From the NCBI GenBank assembly GCA_017545485.1, contig JAFWMY010000002.1, forward strand, positions 7,688 through 71,687: a stretch of DNA of 64,000 bases, given 5' to 3'. Of this stretch, positions 61,401-64,000 are shown piece by piece (within the stretch, counting starts at the first letter, position 1; each line of letters starts with the position of its first letter). This DNA is from Candidatus Saccharimonadota bacterium (GTDB lineage: Bacteria > Patescibacteriota > Saccharimonadia > Saccharimonadales > Saccharimonadaceae). Below the pieces are notes generated by a model. The model was given only the letters and a program-made list of their open reading frames with translations. It was not told the origin of the DNA and did no database searches. Made by a program: the position numbers and the translations under genes.

Positions 61401-62439
61401 AATTAGCGGGGGCTTCAATTGGAGCTTCGGAGAGATTAGGGTCTTTTATAAAAATGTATTCATGAATTTTGCCTTCGTCGCGAAGAGAGGCGAGGCGTTT
61501 ATTAAACTCTGTGAAAGGAATTTTTATAGAGACGAAATCTACTGAAGAGTCGGTCTTTTTAATTAGTTTTACGAAATAGTAGCCATCACCATTCATGGAA
61601 ACAAACTTGCCACTGCTCTGGCCGGGTTCAAGTTTCATGGCTTCGGTGGCACGACCGCCATCAATGTTTTTGCTGTCAACCAGACCACCGGTTTCCTCAT
61701 AAATAATGGCATCCCCTAAGGCGTCTGCCACAGCTTGAAAATTTTCACCGTTCCCTGCGAGAAGAGATTCTACTTTAGTGGCAATGCTATTAGCATTTTC
61801 ATCAATGGCGGTAGAAACTTTGGCCTTTATGAGAGTTAGATAAAGCATGCGTTCATATTCTGATTTGGTAAGACCAAAATTGTCAGAGATGATTTTAATA
61901 AAACCTTCTTCGGAACGGTCAACACCGCCAATTTTGAGATGACGATCAAATTCTGTTTGAACTTCTTCGTTAGTAGCAGTTATATTTAACTCCTTGGCTA
62001 GTTTTAGAGCATAGGTATAATCTTCAGCTTCAGTGAGAGCGGAACGTTTGTACTCGTTCCTGAGTGCTTCAAATGATTCTGAATCAAATTGGCTACCAGA
62101 TTGACGTTCAATGGAGGTCATACTACTACGATAAAACATAAGGTAATCGGAAAACCTGGTTTCTTCACCATCGGTGTTAGCAACGGAAACTGGTATAATC
62201 TCAGTGACCTTAAAAAGTAGGTCATCTGTTCTGCCTAAACGATAGAGGGCTAGCCAGCCGCCAATAATAATAACCGCAAAAACAATAACAGCGATAAGAA
62301 TAGTATTAATAATAATGCGGTGTCGTGTCCATTGCAAGGGATATTTAAATTTGCGACCTTGCGCTAAAACTTCTTCGCGACGTTCATTTACCTTTTCTTG
62401 TTCGGTTTTCTTGTCGTCTTTTTTCTTTAGTATACTCAT
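61399..62439 (-). CDS. membrane-anchored SurA-N/PpiC-like chaperone (PpiD/PrsA-like)
   Basis: 346 aa from the ATG at 62439 (AGAGGAAAG SD): basic N-terminus, one TM helix, then a SurA-N-like helical region. The track's extra 14 aa overlap tRNA-Arg. Confidence 0.45.
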   Translation of the reverse strand: MSILKKKDDKKTEQEKVNERREEVLAQGRKFKYPLQWTRHRIIINTILIAVIVFAVIIIGGWLALYRLGRTDDLLFKVTEIIPVSVANTDGEETRFSDYLMFYRSSMTSIERQSGSQFDSESFEALRNEYKRSALTEAEDYTYALKLAKELNITATNEEVQTEFDRHLKIGGVDRSEEGFIKIISDNFGLTKSEYERMLYLTLIKAKVSTAIDENANSIATKVESLLAGNGENFQAVADALGDAIIYEETGGLVDSKNIDGGRATEAMKLEPGQSSGKFVSMNGDGYYFVKLIKKTDSSVDFVSIKIPFTEFNKRLASLRDEGKIHEYIFIKDPNLSEAPIEAPAN

Positions 62440-62451
62440 ATGCTTTCCTCT

Positions 62452-62527
62452 TGGTGATCCGGGTGCGAGTCGAACGCACAACCTCTTCCTTAGGACGGAA
62501 TTGCTCTATCCATTGAGCTACCGGACC
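62452..62527 (-). tRNA. tRNA-Arg (anticodon CCT), CCA encoded
   Basis: Minus strand reads GGTCCGGTAGCTCAATGGATAGAGCAATTCCGTCCTAAGGAAGAGGTTGTGCGTTCGACTCGCACCCGGATCACCA. TGATATAAT (62536-62544) lies 8 nt upstream. Confidence 0.9.
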
Positions 62528-62574
62528 ATGCAATTATTATATCATAATCTGATGTTTGATGTTATAATGGGATT

Positions 62575-63426
62575 ATGCATAAGGTTAAACATGTGATTGC
62601 TATTGTTGTATTTCTGCTAGTAACTGTGGGAATGGGGATTAGCGTATGGCGTTCAATTGATGACGAAAAAGGGGCGGATTATATAGTGGAAACAAATGTT
62701 CCTTTTGCGCCGTTTGAGTTTTATGAGAATCGGGAAATTGTGGGTGTAGATGTAGAGATAGTGAACAGAGTAGCGGAGCGGCTGAATAAAACTATACAGA
62801 TGAAGAATGTAGAATTTGATGTGATTATAGATAATGTGGAGGCAGGTAGAATTGCTGATGCAGGAGCGGCTGGTTTAACTATTACGCCGGCGCGAGCTGA
62901 AAAAGTAGATTTTACGATTCCCTACTATAATTCAGTACAATATGTAATTTATAGTGACGAGATGCGTCCATCGCTTCGTGAAGACCATGTAGTGTGGGAA
63001 GCTTTGGCTGGATCACGACTTGGCTCACAAATTGGTAGTACTGGATATTTATTCATTGAAGATGAAATAGAAAATGGTGTATTATCTGGAACCGGTACAA
63101 CAGCGAAAGGTATAGACTCGCATCAACTTGCAGCAGATGCCATTAAAGCACACATTATAGATTATGCGGTAGCAGATGAGTTAGCAGCAAAGTTTATTGT
63201 AGAAAAGAACCCTGGTTTGTCTGCGTTGCCATTGTATTATTCCGGAGCTACGCGTGAAGATGATTACCCAGTAGAAGAGTCCTATGCAATTGCAGTAAAT
63301 CGCAATAGGCCCGAACTACTAGAGGCATTTAATGGGGTGCTTTCTGAGATGCTGACAGAAAATGAAGATGGAGTAAGTGAAATAGATAGATTGGTATTAA
63401 AATATATGGGGTTAAGCGATGGATAA
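62575..63426 (+). CDS. amino-acid ABC transporter substrate-binding protein (membrane-anchored)
   Basis: N-terminal TM helix plus an SBP_bac_3-like domain (PFAPFEF..., GLTITPARAEKVDFTIPYY). TATAAT (62563-62568) lies 6 nt before the ATG. Confidence 0.75.
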   Translation: MHKVKHVIAIVVFLLVTVGMGISVWRSIDDEKGADYIVETNVPFAPFEFYENREIVGVDVEIVNRVAERLNKTIQMKNVEFDVIIDNVEAGRIADAGAAGLTITPARAEKVDFTIPYYNSVQYVIYSDEMRPSLREDHVVWEALAGSRLGSQIGSTGYLFIEDEIENGVLSGTGTTAKGIDSHQLAADAIKAHIIDYAVADELAAKFIVEKNPGLSALPLYYSGATREDDYPVEESYAIAVNRNRPELLEAFNGVLSEMLTENEDGVSEIDRLVLKYMGLSDG

Positions 63427-64000
63427 TTTCTTTAGTAAAATTGGAGAGTTGTTTAGTACACCGGAGTATATTGAATCTCTGCTACACGGCTTTTTATTAA
63501 CCATGCAAGTGTCGTATTTTGCAATTTTAATTGGGATAGTGCTTGGAACAATAATTGCATTAGTAGATACGGCTAGACCATCCAAATGGATGAAAATACC
63601 AAAATTTATTTGTAAATTATATGTTGGGATAATCCGGGGGACACCGATGGCGTTGCAGCTATTTATTATGTTTTTCGTTATCTTTGCAGTGAAAGGTTTC
63701 CCAAGCATTATTACGGCAATTATTGCATTTGGGCTAAATTCTGCTGCATATACAGCCGAGGTGATTCGTGGTGGAATTCTTTCGGTGGACCCGGGGCAGA
63801 CGGAAGCTGGTTTGGCTTTAGGACTATCACGGTTTACAATCTTTATGAAAATTGTGGCGCCACAGGCTATTAAAAACATTATTCCGGCGCTTGGAAATGA
63901 AATTATCACGGTAATAAAAGAGACGGCCATTGTGAGCATGGTTGGGATGTATGACCTTAATATGGCGGCAAAAGACATTGGCTCTGGACAGAACATGGCA
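63419..64000 (+). CDS. amino-acid ABC transporter permease (HisM/GlnP family), 3' end outside window
   Basis: Open frame from the ATG at 63419 to the window end: MDNFFSKIGELF...YVGIIRGTPMALQLFIMFF...AFGLNSAAYTAEVIRGGILSVDPGQTEAGLALGLS...IIPALGNEIITVIKETAIVSMVG (EAA-loop motif). Its start overlaps the SBP stop by 8 nt. Absent from the track because there is no stop in the window. Confidence 0.85.
   Translation, partial: MDNFFSKIGELFSTPEYIESLLHGFLLTMQVSYFAILIGIVLGTIIALVDTARPSKWMKIPKFICKLYVGIIRGTPMALQLFIMFFVIFAVKGFPSIITAIIAFGLNSAAYTAEVIRGGILSVDPGQTEAGLALGLSRFTIFMKIVAPQAIKNIIPALGNEIITVIKETAIVSMVGMYDLNMAAKDIGSGQNMA

Noticed and set aside
62440-62481. 14-codon N-terminal extension of the 61399 ORF (MCVRLAPGSPRGKH)
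   Set aside because: It overlaps tRNA-Arg (62452-62527). The internal ATG at 62439 has a strong AGAGGAAAG SD.
63412-63996. 194-aa minus-strand ORF in the track
   Set aside because: It is antisense to a clear ABC permease reading frame on the plus strand (63419 to the window end, EAA-loop motif, start overlapping the SBP gene). The minus-strand product has no recognisable features.

Overview
AT-rich, tightly packed bacterial chromosomal segment. It is probably from a reduced-genome, Gram-positive-like lineage such as Patescibacteria/CPR (Saccharibacteria-like). That placement is inferred from gene content only: N-terminally reduced ThrRS, eukaryote-like IleRS, an LPXTG protein, a giant repeat adhesin, a TraD-like ATPase and short operons. 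I support about 60 CDS, 5 tRNAs (all with encoded CCA), tmRNA (ssrA) and RNase P RNA (rnpB). No rRNA, CRISPR array or intact mobile element is visible. The core content is housekeeping: comM, infC-rpmI-rplT-rpmB, rimK, miaA, thrS, rel, parAB, rplU, ileS, nrdR, ftsZ/ftsA, map, adk, rpsU, rpsT, mutM, polA, rpoD, dnaG, mscL, orn and argS. Nearly all genes from 8.4 to 45.9 kb lie on the minus strand. The most notable observations are these. (1) An orphan 145-aa mini-NrdD pairs an ATP-cone-like head with a class III RNR glycyl-radical tail and has no catalytic barrel; it sits behind tandem NrdR boxes. (2) NrdR and DnaG homologues have each lost all four zinc-ribbon ligands. (3) A family of GC-rich nested-hairpin intergenic elements occurs at 23.1, 31.5 and 40.8 kb, with compensatory base-pair changes between copies, plus a 167-nt palindrome that contains two convergent stop codons (58.5 kb). 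(4) The 3' ends of tRNA-Asp and tRNA-Gly are duplicated 70-100 nt downstream. (5) A 1530-aa repeat adhesin is inserted between ftsA and ftsZ. (6) A perfect 24-bp palindrome holds two back-to-back -10 boxes and both start codons of a divergent gene pair, part of a recurring leaderless geometry. All functional calls come from motif recognition by eye; no searches were run.
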